Shown: in pieces, positions 38,414 through 51,500 of the stretch | How the letters are laid out: every line of letters starts with the position of its first letter | How positions within the stretch are numbered: the first letter of the stretch is position 1 | Assembly (NCBI RefSeq): GCF_030144855.1 | Contig: NC_082718.1 | Coordinates: 90,334,001-90,398,000 of the forward strand | Direction: 5' to 3' | DNA: 64,000 nt | From: Hypanus sabinus | Lineage: Eukaryota | Translations under genes and position numbers: made by a program | Notes under the pieces: generated by a model | What the model was told of the DNA's origin: nothing | The model's input: only the letters and a program-made list of their open reading frames with translations | Database searches by the model: none

Positions 38414-40734
38414 CTAAAAAGAGAATTCAAGTTAACAATAAAATCTGTGGTTACACCATTTATATAAAAAAAAAATTGCCGAATCACTTACTGGGTTCAA
38501 ACAACTCCTTACAAGGTCTTGTTTCACAAATTTAGTACATATTGAAAATAATACAAGCTATTCAAATGAGAAATTTGCCAGTGGGTTGAATTCAGAGGAA
38601 TGCAGACTTTTTAAAATATATCTTTTCTCAGATAAATGGAAATAGAGGAAACTTAAAAATAAACAAGAGAAATTCCCTCTCAATAGTTTAGCAATTAAGT
38701 CTGCTGCATATTCTGCCACACAACTTGAACATACATTGTTAACTAGATGGTGGTAAGGGTACAACCCTCCCCATCATGGAGGGCATCTTCCAGAGGCAAT
38801 GCTTCAAGAAAGCAGCATTTATCATTAAGGATCCTTCCCATCCACGACATGCCCTCTTTGCATTACTTTAAAGTTCAAAGTAAGTTTACTATCAAAGTAC
38901 ATATACAACCCTGAGATTCATTTTCCTGCAGGCAATCACAGCAAAAACAGCGAACACAACAGAATCAAAGTAAGGATACATGCAACAGGTCAGACAACAA
39001 CCAATGTGAAAAAAAATGTGCAAATATAAAAAAGAGAAAATTGATAGATATAGATAATAGATAAACAAGCAAGCAATAAATAAATAAGAGAGCTCGAGAT
39101 GAAGAATCTTTCAAAGTGAGTCCAGTTCAGTGGGGCGAGTGAAGTTATCCCCTTTGGGTCTATAGCTTCTTCTTCCCTTCCAGAGTTTTGAATGGCCCAT
39201 GAACCATACCTCATTACATCAGTAAAAAGTACAAAGAGGAATATAGTAGTTTTATGTCATGTACTGCACTGCTGCTACAAAACAACAAATTTCACAACAT
39301 TTGTCAATAATAATAAACCTGATTCTGATCCAGTGAACTTCAAGGCCAACCAATACACATTATACAAATATGTTCCCAAGAGGTGATACTAGGATCACTG
39401 CTTTATACATTACTGTAATAAATTTGTCTGGGTACGTAGCTTACTATTTCAATATTTGGAAGTGCTGTAAATACATAGGATAGCAATTAACTTTAAAAAT
39501 GGTGGAATTGAGGGATATGTGGGAGAGAAAAGGCAGCAATGTTGCAACTAGAATTCTACAAGGTGTCCATGAATGGAGAAACAGGGTCAAACGTTCAAAA
39601 CTGACAGAGAGCTCATAAAACTGATTAAAGAGGGATCTTGAAGTTATAAATAGAGGAAAAGGAATAAGACCAAAATGGTTACACTGAATATCAATGCTAT
39701 GTTAGCTCAGTTGTAATATGAGTATCGTGTCATTTCCAGTTGTTGAGCTATAGGACGGATGCGAAGGGCCTCAGCAGAGACATTTTACCATTTATGTCCT
39801 TGGCTTTAAAGCCTTCAATAATGTGGATAAATTGGACAAGCTGGGATTTTCCCTCCTTAACACAGAAGATACAGCACTGATTTGATGGACTTTTCAAAAT
39901 CATTTGGGCCAGACATTGTGAATTAAGAAAAATTGTTTGGCAGAGGAACCAGAGAGGTTAAATTTTAAATGATTGGCAAAATAATTAGTGGGGACATGAA
40001 GAAAAGCTTTTTAGTAAGTAGTCACAATCTCAAATTCTATGTCTGAAAGAATGGTGCAAGCAAATACAATGATAGGTTTCAAAATAGATGTACATGAATA
40101 AGGAAAAGCAGAACAAAAACAAAAACTGCATCGCCATGGACCGAGGGGACTGATGACTGATGAAAACATAGCGGACAGATTGTATGATTTGCATGAGATC
40201 AGAGTTCTGGAGGGAATTAACTGGGTACATCTTACCGAGAACTAACTTGGACTCAAAGGCCAAAATATCACCTCATCACTTCAATGAAGAGGCTACCATT
40301 AAAGAACCGGAGACAAAGGAAGATGATCTGTATTGATTATATTTTGTAAATGTTCATCAGAATTAAAAATTAGTTCGATATCACCAGATAATTCAGGAAA
40401 CATAAATCTAATTTAATCACATCTACAAAACTGGGGTGAAATTGCAAGAACTATAGCCTTATGTCATTCACAGTACAAGAGAAATGATGATGCCATAAAA
40501 TACTTTCAAAACTCCATTACACTAAAAACATTCCTAAATATTCCACTCAGTTATTCAGTTGAGCTATTAAAAATCTTGGACATTATGTTTAAACTTCAAA
40601 GCTTAATCTACAGCAGCTTCTGTAATATAATATAGTTAATCCTTTTAAAGTGCTCAACACTGGCATATGCTCTACTCTCCTAAAGGTTATTTTTCCAATG
40701 TATTAACCTCAGAGGATTCCCATGATATTTAGTG

Positions 40735-40950
40735 TTTGGCAGCATCTATAGAAAAGAATAAAGATTTGACGTTTCAGACTGTGAGCCTTCATCAGGACTG
40801 GAAAGAAAGAGGCAAGTGCTGATGAAGGGTCTCAGCCTGAAACGTCAACTGTTTACTCTTTTCCATTATGCTGCCTGGTTTGCTGAGTTCCTCCAACATT
40901 TTGTGTATTGCTTTGGATTTCCAGCATCTGCAGATTTTCTCATGTTTGTA
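40735..40950. mobile_element. Inverted pair of Penelope-type termini, each with a hammerhead core
   Basis: Minus 40763-40800 CAGTC-CTGATGA-AGGCtcacaGTCT-GAAAC-GTC; plus 40819-40851 CTGATGA-AGGgtctcagCCT-GAAAC-GTC-aactg. Confidence 0.7.
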
Positions 40951-41870
40951 ATACTTATTGCCTCTTTAACGATGATATTTTGGTTCCAAATATAATCAAC
41001 TTGTAAAGTTTAAAAATCAGGCAACTTGCTTTGTTCAGGTGAACTTCTAAGACTGTATATATCAATTATGAAATCTTGATGCACAAGAGATAGATGATTT
41101 ACAGTCATTATTAAAATTATACTTAATAAGATAACAACCTGATAAAGCATTAGCAATTTACTTCATTTAATATTAATTACAAACTAAAATAGTTCCAGCC
41201 TAATCTCTTTAAAAAAAGACAATATTATCTTTTTTTTTGGATACAAGCCCATAATATGATGGGATACATTCTTATATCACAAAAATCCCAGCATCTCTCA
41301 CAAGGAGGACGTCTAACCATCTGACCCCCCCACATCAACATTCTGAGAGGCACCTCTCAGCAGAAACACAGATGACAATGTCAGAGAAAGAGCATGCTGT
41401 GGCAAGTGACTCATCCACTAACATCAATTGGTTTTTCCATTAGGAGCACAACAGGATATTCGCCTCTTGCCTAAATGAGTACAATGCTCAAGAAACCTGA
41501 ACCGATCTAGGCCAAGTTATTTGCTTGGCTTCCTATCAACATAGCATTTATTCCCTTCAGCATGATAATTAGTGACTAGGCCTTTTCTGACATTTCTAAA
41601 CACTCTCCCGTCAAGAAGAACAAGGACAAAAAGATTCATGGAAACACCACCACCTACAGGTTTCTAAGTTCTAGGATCCTCCAGTATCACTGGGAGCTAA
41701 ATTGTAAAACTACCCATACAACAAGATAAGGAACTATCTTCACTAGGTCAGCAGCAGTTCAAGATGAAGTCTCACCACCACCTTTAGATAAAGTCAAGTG
41801 TAACAAAACAAAATTAACATGATAAAGCTTCTCTAGGACACAGAAATCCCACAGAATTACCATACCTGAA

Positions 41871-43445
41871 CAGAATCAGAATGAGGTTTATTATCTCCGG
41901 CATGTGTCATAAAATCTGTAACTTAGCAGCAGTTCAATACATAATATAGAAGGAAAAAAAAGCAAAAGGTGAATCAATTACAGTACATGTAATTTAAATA
42001 GTCTAAAAATTGTACAAAACCAGAAATAATATACATTAAAAAGTGAGGTAGTGTTCATGGATTCAATGTCCATTCCAAAATTGGATGGCAAAGGGGAATG
42101 AATTGCTGACTGTGTGCCTTCAGGCTTCGGTACCTCCTACCTGATGGTAACAATGAGAAAAGGGCATGCCCTGGGGGCTGGGGTCCTTAATATTGGATAC
42201 TGCCTTTGTGAGACACCACAACTTGAAGGTATCCTGGGTACTTTGTAGGCTAGTGTCCAAGATGAAGCCGAGTAAATTTACAACCCTCTGCAGTTTCTTT
42301 TGGTCCTGTGCAGTTGCCCCTCCATACCAGACAGTGACACAGCCTGTCAGAATGTTCTCCACGGTACAACTTTAGAAGTTTTTGCGTGTTTTTGTAGACA
42401 TATCTCTTCAAATTGCTAATGAAGTATAGTTGCTGTCATGCCTTCTTTATAGCTGTATCGAAATGTTGGGTCCTCAGTAATCTTGATACCCGGGAACTTG
42501 AAACTGCTCATTTTCTATACTTCTGACCTTCAATGAGGATTGGTATGTGTTGCTTCGTCTTATCCTTCCTGAAGTCCACAACCCGCTCTTTCATGTTACT
42601 GATGTTGAGTGCAAGGTTGTTGCTGCAACACCATTCCACTAGTTGGTATAGCTTGCTCCTGTACGCCCTCTCGTCACCACCTGAGATTCTACCAACAATG
42701 GTTGTACTGTCAGCAAGTTTATAGATGCTATTTAAGCTATGCTTAGCCACGCAATCATGGGTATAGAGTAGAGCAGAGCAATGGGCAAAGCACACACCTC
42801 TGAGGTGTGCCAGTGATCGTCAGAGATGAGATATTATCGCCAATCCGCACAGACTGTGGTCTTACAGTTAGGAAGTTGAATATCCAATTGCAGAGGGAGA
42901 TACAGAGGTGCAGGTTCTGTAACCTCTCAATCAGGATTGTGGGAAAGATGGTATTAAATGCTGAGCTATAGTCGATGAACAGCATCCTGACATAGGTGTT
43001 TGCATTGTCCAAGTGGTCTAAGGCCATGTGAAGAACCACTGAGATTGTCGTTAACTATTGTGGCAACAGGCAAATTGCAGTGGGCCCAGGTCCTTGCTGG
43101 GGCACGAGTTCAGTCTAGTCATGATCAACCTCTTAAAGCATTTCATCACTGTAGACGTGAGTGCTACTGGGCGATAGTCATTAAGGCAGCTCACATTATT
43201 CTTCTTAGGCACTGATATAATTGTTGCCTTTTTAAAGCAAGTGGGAACTTTCACCCGTAGCAGTGAGAGGTTGAAAATGTCCTTGAATACTCCCACCAGT
43301 TGGCTGGCACAAGTTTTCAGAGCCTTACCAGGTACTCCGTCGGGGCCTTCCGCCTTGCGAGGGTTCACCCTCTTTAAAGACAGCCTAACATCGGCCTCTG
43401 AGACAGAGATCACATCGTCACCGGGTGCAGCAGGAACCTTCACTA
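41871..43445 (-). mobile_element. Rex1/Babar LINE RT fragment, frameshifted
   Basis: [50 protein letters not shown]; ttctga tail. Confidence 0.9.
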
Positions 43446-44000
43446 ATGAGCATGCCACATTAGTGGAGTTTTACTGAATTGACAACCTATATTAGTCATA
43501 AGGATAGAAAGTACTGTAGTCACAGAAGTGGGAAACATGTTGCGAGGCAGACAGAAAAAGTATATAAAAATATTGGTTATATAAGTGGTTAAGAATGGAG
43601 CATAATTAGAAAAATGAAGAACGAAAAAAGATCATCTCTTGTGTGCTCATACGTGAAGCACAAAGTTAACATGTAGTTACAGCAAGTAATTGAAATAAAG
43701 GTTAACTTTCCAATTGTTTTCTAAGGTAGATTGAGTATAAATGTAAGGAAGCCTTTCTGCAACTGAACAAGGCACTATTGAGAATGCTTCTGGAGAACTA
43801 TGTACAACTTTGAAAAGGAGATTCTTGAAGGGTTCACTAGGTTGATTCTTTGGACACATTTGAAGTACGACTGAGCAGGTCAGGTATATTCTGAAATCAT
43901 AAGAAATTATCTGACTGAAGCATATGAAGCTTTGAAAGGGGACACTTCCTCTCTTGGGAGAATCTAGTACCAGAAGCTGAAATTTGACTAAAGAAGGAAT

Positions 44001-45156
44001 TGTAGTGGTGTGCTACACGCAGCGCTAAAATTACGACACGGAGTCGGTAACTGCAGTCGAAGGAAAAAACTTTATTCGAAATCTTCAGCCTCACTTTTAA
44101 GCCTCCCTCAACCTGCCCCCCATGGCGCAGAGGCTCCAAAGCTCTGTGCTGGCAAACCCCCGTAGGCTATCTAATTGTGAGTCGGTTCGGATGTGCCAGG
44201 AAAAGGGTCGCCACATAACCCCCCCCCAGAACCGGCGATACACCCCCCAATGTCCGCAGTCTGGGCCAGAACCTGCTTGGGAGGTCGGCCTCTCCGCCGA
44301 GGTGCCGGAAACTCGGCCGGTTGCGCCAGGTCCACATGGGCAGGTTTGAGGGCCGGGCCTGGACTGGTTTGCTGCCGGGAGCATGGCTGGGAGATCAGTG
44401 CGATGGACACCTTTTTGGCGTTCCACAGCAAGTCCGCCCGGGCTGCCACCTTCCGGGGGTCACTGAAATCCGCGTCGGACAGCAGCAGGCGTATGTCCTC
44501 GGGCAGCTGCTCCAGGAATGCCTGCTCAAACATGAGGCAGGGTGTGTGTTCGTCGGCGAGAGACAACTCATTCATTAAAGCCGAAGGAGGTCTGTCGCCC
44601 AAGCCATCCAGGTGCAGTAAACGGGCAGCCCGCTCGCGCCGTGAGAGTCCGAAAGTCCTGAGGAGCAGGGCTTTGAATTCAGTGTACTTGCCATCTGCCG
44701 GGGGCGACTGTACGAACTCCGCGACCTGGGCCGCTGTGTCCTGGTCGAGGGAGCTCACCACGTAGTAGTAGCGGGTGTCTTCTGAGGTGATCTGGCGAAC
44801 GTGGAATTGGGCTTCGGCTTGCTGGAACCATAGGTTTGGGCGCTGTGTCCAGAAACCCGGCAGTTCAACGAAACCGCATGAACAGAGGCGGCGTCGGTCA
44901 TTTCTGGTCCAAAAATCGTTTGGACCGTCGGGGTCACCAATTGTAGCGGTGTGCTACACGCAGCGCTAAAATTACGACACGGAGTTGGTAACTGCAGTCG
45001 AAGGAAAAAACTTTATTCGAAATCTTCAGCCTCACTTTTAAGCCTCCCTCAACCTGCCCCCCATGGCGCAGAGGCTCCAAAGCTCTGTGCTCGCAAACCC
45101 CTGTAGGCTATCTAATTGTGAGTCGGTTCGGATGTGCCAGGAAAAGGGTCGCCACA
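44001..45156 (-). mobile_element. Non-autonomous Gypsy-type LTR element (gag remnant only), recent
   Basis: 215-bp LTRs 44001-44215 and 44942-45156 differing at 4 sites; TG...CA; 4-bp TSD GAAT; PBS TGGTGACCCCGACG; G-run PPT; gag FWTQRPNLWFQQAEAQF...GLGDRPPSALM. Confidence 0.95.
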
Positions 45157-45511
45157 GAATAACCCTTTTAAAATAAAGAGGAATTTCTTTTCTGTTGAGA
45201 CCATTTATTCTTTTAAATCCTCTACACTATTCAGCTAGTGGATGCAGACTCGAATACAGAGAAGCTTAATGGTAGAGTCAAGGATATGCAGGTCATGCAG
45301 AAACCACAATTGATAAATGCCAGAACACACAAGGTTCTAGGAACAGTCTAGCGTGCTCCTACTCCTCATTTACATTCTGGTATTAAATGAAAACTAAAGT
45401 TGAACTTGAAAGTTCAAATACAATTCAGTATGTTTGTCACAAAATGAATTTAAATAGCTTATTCAAAAAATGTAGTAGTTTTCATGCTTACCACAAAGTT
45501 GGAAGAAGAAT

Positions 45512-45598
45512 TTACTCAAATGCCATTTCTTGACTTTTTCTTACACACCGAGCAACTTTTTTCTTGAATTCACCACAAGGATCATCTCGCCATTCTTT
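45512..45598 (-). CDS. UBE2G1: UBE2G1-like exon 5 (last coding)
   Basis: [31 protein letters not shown]; a gtaagc donor follows 20 nt after the stop. Confidence 0.93.
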   Translation of the reverse strand, partial: KEWRDDPCGEFKKKVARCVRKSQEMAFE

Positions 45599-48500
45599 CT
45601 ACATGAAAGAAAGATGACTGTGGTTTATGTTTCACAGTGGAAAATAATTGGTTCAAGTGACATCTTTTATTAAACTGATTTAGTAATTGTTTCTCCTCTC
45701 AGATTCCAAACTAAGCTTAATTTTGAGTTCTCTTTTTTCTATCTATACACATTTGTTTTCATATAATCTCTACTTTCTTTTATTATTTGCCTTTTCAGGG
45801 CAGTGATGATGTTCATTTCAATTTCTCCCTTTTTACGGAACTAAGGTTTCTTTAGCTTGTAGTTCTCCATTGAATATTGCACCACTGTTGCAAAGTAATA
45901 AAAGCAACTTAATATGGCTGTGGTCAAACACCAACTCTCCAGAAACCTACCACCTTCTGTTGAACCATGTAACCATGACTTGTTAGGTTTGTTAAAGTTT
46001 TATGAATATTGCCTTCAAAAGATCCTGTTCTTTCTGCTTCCAAGTATATCAGTGTTCCTCCCCATATTTCCAGTTTCTATTTTCTCTCCAAGGTGTTCAA
46101 GAACAGACCCAAGAAACTGTTTCTATTTTCTCTCCAAGGTGTTCAAGAACAGACCCAAGAAACTGTTTGTTCCAGTTTTCCTTGCGTTCCTACTCTTTAC
46201 CAAGCCCTCTAATCCTTCTACTCTTAGCCCTTTTGCACGTGTGGATTTCAAAATGGCATTGAGTGGAAAGTAGTCAAAAGTTTAAAATAGAGTAAGATTT
46301 CAATGATCCAATGGTTCCATTTAAAATCAGAGAATGTACACAGTATACAACCTGAAGTTCTTACTCTTCAAAAACATCCACGAAACAGAAGAAAACCCCA
46401 AAGATTTAAAGTTGTGCTGACAATGTGAAGAACACTGAAATCAGGTCGTGGGGAAATGCAAGATCAGAAGCACAGAAGCTGTTAAAATTTTGAAGTGCAG
46501 CTATAACAAATTTTTGTTAAGGAACAAATGCAGAATCAAATCTGTTTGGTATGGAGCTGGGCTTCAGAGTAGATATTAGTACAAGGAAGTAGGTGAAAAG
46601 GCCTAATTTAAGATAGAAACTGTAAAAATATAGGAGAAATGGGAGATGCAATGGTAGAGAAATAGCTATGAACATGATTAAAAGCAGACCACCAATTTCA
46701 GGGACACAGTTAAAATGGATACAGTACATATTAAACATTGTTCAGAACTTATCAGAAAATGAAGCAACCCATACCTTCACGCAGCTAGATATTGACAATA
46801 TTCAGGTACGGGCTTATAAATGGCAAGTAGCATTTTCATTACAAGGCTACCAGGCTTTGACTATTTCCTAAAAGAGTTGAACCAATGCCAAGTCACCCAC
46901 GGTTAACAATCCGGGATCATGAATAACCAAAACGTCAACTGGACAGTCACATAAATAAGTAGCAGGTTAGTGACTGGGTCATCTGCATCAACGATTCCTG
47001 CTGCATCTAAGCTAGAAGGTACAAGCTAGGAATGTGGTAGAAAACTGTTCACTTGCCTGCTTGAGTACAACTTTAATAATACTCATAGAAGCTCAATGTT
47101 GTCAAACACAAAGTAATCTACTTGTCTGGCACATTATCCACTCCACGTTGATACTTCCACCATCACTGGCATCTGTGGCTGCACTGTACACCAACTTTAA
47201 ATGCATTGCTACTACTCACCTAGATTACTTGCCAGTACCTCCCAGCAGCACAACCTCTGCCAGCAAGTACAGCAGGCATGTGGGAACACTGCCACCTTCA
47301 GCTTCCCCTCCCAGTCATACATCATGTGACTTGGAAACATGTCTGAAAACTACAGGTGGGGACATCATCATTAGAAGGACATCAGCAAAGCAGTTTACAA
47401 CAACCTTCACAAAGAGGAATAAGGGATGAGCAACTGATGCTGTCCTGGCCATTGACACCCAAAGCCTGTAACTGAATTATTCAATTAAGCAACAGATGGC
47501 ATACAAATAGCTAGCATAAACTCAGTGGGGTGAATAGGCTCCTTGTGGACCGTAACAACTTTATGTTGTATGTAGGAAAATAAATAACAGCAATAAATTT
47601 AGGGTGAAATTTTAAAGGTTGGCATGTTGGCTAGATACTCAAAGTAGAAAAAATAGTTTCAGCTTCTAAGGTCTCACATGCGCTCTCATACTTCTAACAT
47701 TTTGCATCATTCAAGTATGTTCTCAGCAACTGATTCACCAGACCCTATTGTAAATTTGTGAGCACTCTCTTTCAAACGAGTAGTCGCCAACTAAAAAGAT
47801 CCAAACTATTAACTTACTCTTGACTAGCGTGACTGTTAATTCTCCTTCCCCCCACCCCATTCTACTAAAAGCTTGTATCTTTGATTTCATATCAAAGGTT
47901 TACACTCAAAACATTAACTTGTTTTGTTTGCAAATGTATAACCAGTATTTTCCTTTGTTTTTCCAATAATTACACATTGATATATTCCAACAACATTTCC
48001 TATACTTTGTCCGAAACTGTATTTTCTTAAAATCCAAGCTGCTTTAATAATAAGTACAGTATCTATTTCAATGTGACCCTTGCAGTGGCAAGTTCTGTAA
48101 CACATCTGCCTCATGTGGTCAGGCAATGACGTATAATGAGCAACAGACTAATGCTTAAGTGATGTAAAATTCTAATAAATGCCCAATCAGAGGATACAAA
48201 GAGATGATAGAACATTCCATATTAGGACTGTTTCAAAACCACAATACGGGGGGGGGGGTTAGGAGGGAGAGATTTAAACGTTTACCAATTTATGAATGGA
48301 TCTGGGTTTCCGAAACACAAAATACCACCAGAATGGTAACAGCTTCCTTCGTTCTCTAGCTGTAGAGTATCTTTCCTTGATCACATTGCCAATGAAAAAT
48401 ACTTACTGCAGCATCAACATTAGCAGGTGAGTCACTGTTGGGATCAGCAAGCATAGAGATGACGCTGATGAGAATGGTCTCTACAGTGTGAATGGGTAGC

Positions 48501-51500
48501 CAACGTTCCTCCGGTTTCTCATAGCCAAATTTATCCTCACCAGGCTCATGCAGGATTGAAATGCATACATCACCATTCTTGCCAACTGTAAAGAAAAATT
48601 GAACAGTTTGCCGAAGACAAATGACAATTGAACAGTTTCAACAAAGCTATGAAAGACAACGTCGATTCTACAGCTCACATTTCAGCTCAAGCTCTAATTA
48701 ATCCATTGACAGTTGCTACTGGAGATGTGGATGTGTTTTGTGTAGCTCTCGTAGCTACTGTCAATGGTTTAATTAGAGACGTGGATGTGTTCTGTGCTTC
48801 ATTCTAAATACAGCAGTTTATGTAAGCTTACAAGAGCCTGCTGCAAAATACATCCATGGAAGTTTTTCTATAATATGTATCACGATGATTATCCCAAAAT
48901 CAGATAAAATTTAAAAACCCTGGAAACATTCAGGACATCAGGCAGCATCTGTGGAAAGAAACAGTTAACATTTCAAGTGTGTGACCCTTCACCAGAACTG
49001 TGAAAGGAAAAAAACAAGCTAGTTTTCATTTGCAGAGATGTCGAGGAAGTGACAGGTAGAACAACGGGAATATCCTTTTGTTGGGGTGAAACCAAATGGG
49101 CTAATGTCACAGTTAGGAGATTATGCTTCTTTATGGGATATGCCCAGTAGGCCAGACTATGTCAATGGAGATGGAACCTCTGCCCTTACCCTCTCTCCTC
49201 GACAGAGCAAGAATACAGATCCTCCACCCTCATCTTTCACCCACCAGCTTCTCCATTCAATAGATCATATTTTGAATTTCCTCCAGGTTTAACTACACTT
49301 GTGCCCTTCCACTCTGAGCATTTCAAAGGAATCATTCTCCTTGTGACCCCTTGTGATCTATCCCCTTCAATCACTCCCTGTCTATGACATTTTCTTACAC
49401 AATCACTGCATTTGTAATTGTCAATTAATTTCCCTTCCTATTATCCAGTGACCCGGTCATTCTTGATAAAGCAACTATTCACCAGCACTTCCTTCCAATT
49501 TAACACTGGCTTTAGTGACCAAATGTAGTCTCCTCATCAGAGAAACTAAACAAATCTGGTGATTTGTGCCACAAAGCAGTCCACAGGAGGAACCCTGAGC
49601 TTCTGACTGCCTGAATTCTCCATCTCTCTCTAATCTGTCTGACAGTGGCTTCTCAAGTACCATGCAAGCTTGAAAAGCTACAGCTCATTTTCTATGTTAG
49701 TCTTCTGGACTTGATACTGAATTTCCCAACTTTAGTAACTTAAGTTACCTCCCTCCTACGTCTCTATCAGACAGGTCTTTTCCACCAGTCATCCCTCTGT
49801 GGTTTTTGTTCAGTTTTTTTCTCCCTCTCCATCACTATGTTGTGGATTGCTGGGCATTACTCGCAATCTACAACATGACAAAGAAGAGAAATTTTTAACT
49901 GTCACATTAACCCATTTGGTCTCACCCTAATGGAGATGTGTTCTATTCATCCTTGGCCCACTTTCTCAGCAAATAGAAACTAATGTTCTCTCTCTCCCAG
50001 TTTTAATAAAGGGTCCTGGACCTGAAGAGTTTAACTATATTTTTTTTTTCAGAAGATGCTGCCTGATCTGTTATTGTTTTTTTAAAACCTCAAAATATAT
50101 ACAGCAAGAACTGTACTTTACATCCTGAACTTTAACTGTTGATTTTTTTTTTAACATACTATATTTTTTCATTAATGACCATATATAACCAGTGGATTGC
50201 ATGAAATGTTTGTAGGATTTAATCCACCAAATAAGTTCTCTCATGTAGACTTCAACTTTAGGAAGTCTATGTTAATAACCACGTATCTAAATGGACTACA
50301 CCTTACACACTGCTGCCACTGTTTGAGTGATCTAAAGACAATAGCCTCACTTATCACTTCATGGTTTAAAAACTGGTAATTCATCAATCATTATTTGACA
50401 TCATAAATACACATTTTACCATTTGGATGCCAGATTTCTGTGATGAAATTCATCTTTGGAGGCCGCAAAGGATAGTCGTTCGGAAAAGTCAGGTGAGCTT
50501 TGAAGAATCCACCCTCACTAGGCAAAACAAATTAAGAACCATGAATAAAAATGTTCCTCTTTCACCCAGTATCATACAAGATGTTGCTTGATGACCAAGA
50601 AAACAGCAAACACTCTCCAAATCAATTTCATAATTACCAACATTACAAAGTTCATATTGCAAGAACAATACAATATTAATCTGCCTCACAAGACAGAATT
50701 GCAAAAAATACTGATAACCACAGAAATGTTGTCAGAAAATAAACTTATATTTAAGAGACTATGCTGAATTTTAACATCTACTGATAAAACAATATCCCAG
50801 GAAATACACATTACCTTTGCACAAACTTTGAACCCAGGAATTCCACAAAAAATTGCATATTACTTAACAAAAAACAAGAACTAAAGACTAAAACCTGGAG
50901 GCTTATATATTCTCCTGAACCCTTGATTAAATTTGCAGCCTTGTAATTTGTACATAATAACCATTTCTAGATAAATAAACTTTAAAAAAAGAGACTAACA
51001 CAGTAAGGCATCAGTATATTTTGCGATTTTCACTGCTCAAACATGTCAGGTTACTTTACTTTTCCAGAAAGTAGTATTTCATTTTTAAATAATCTTATTT
51101 TTAAAAAAAACACTCCTGCAAAAGTTATCATAGTTTTCTCCTACTCATATCTGACTGTTCTAAAATCTAGAAAGGACAACATTGCCTCATATCTGTTATT
51201 ATATTAAGCATTATCACAGAATCAAGTCTAACTGGCAGTGGAAGGAGTAGAAAGCATATTGTTGAAACTGAGTGTAAATCAGGCGTAAAGTGAATGGTTG
51301 CACGCTATAGTTCTATCTACTGTGAAAAGTCTCCATTTCTTGTCGATATAAGCATCAAGGAAGATTGAAATCAACAAGAATGAGAGGAAGTATTCAACAT
51401 GACTGTTTATATTTCACCAGTCTCTCTCTCCCTCTCACTTGCTGCTTCCGGAGGAATGTGCCAGTGTTTGACCAGTGTCTCACTTCCTGCTCCCAGAGGA

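Noticed and set aside
44097-44969. Overlapping ORFs in several frames
   Set aside because: Shadow frames of the GC-rich gag remnant.
46073-46168. Link between this 46-bp duplication and the 46-bp minisatellite at 1-271
   Set aside because: Same period but unrelated sequence; coincidence.
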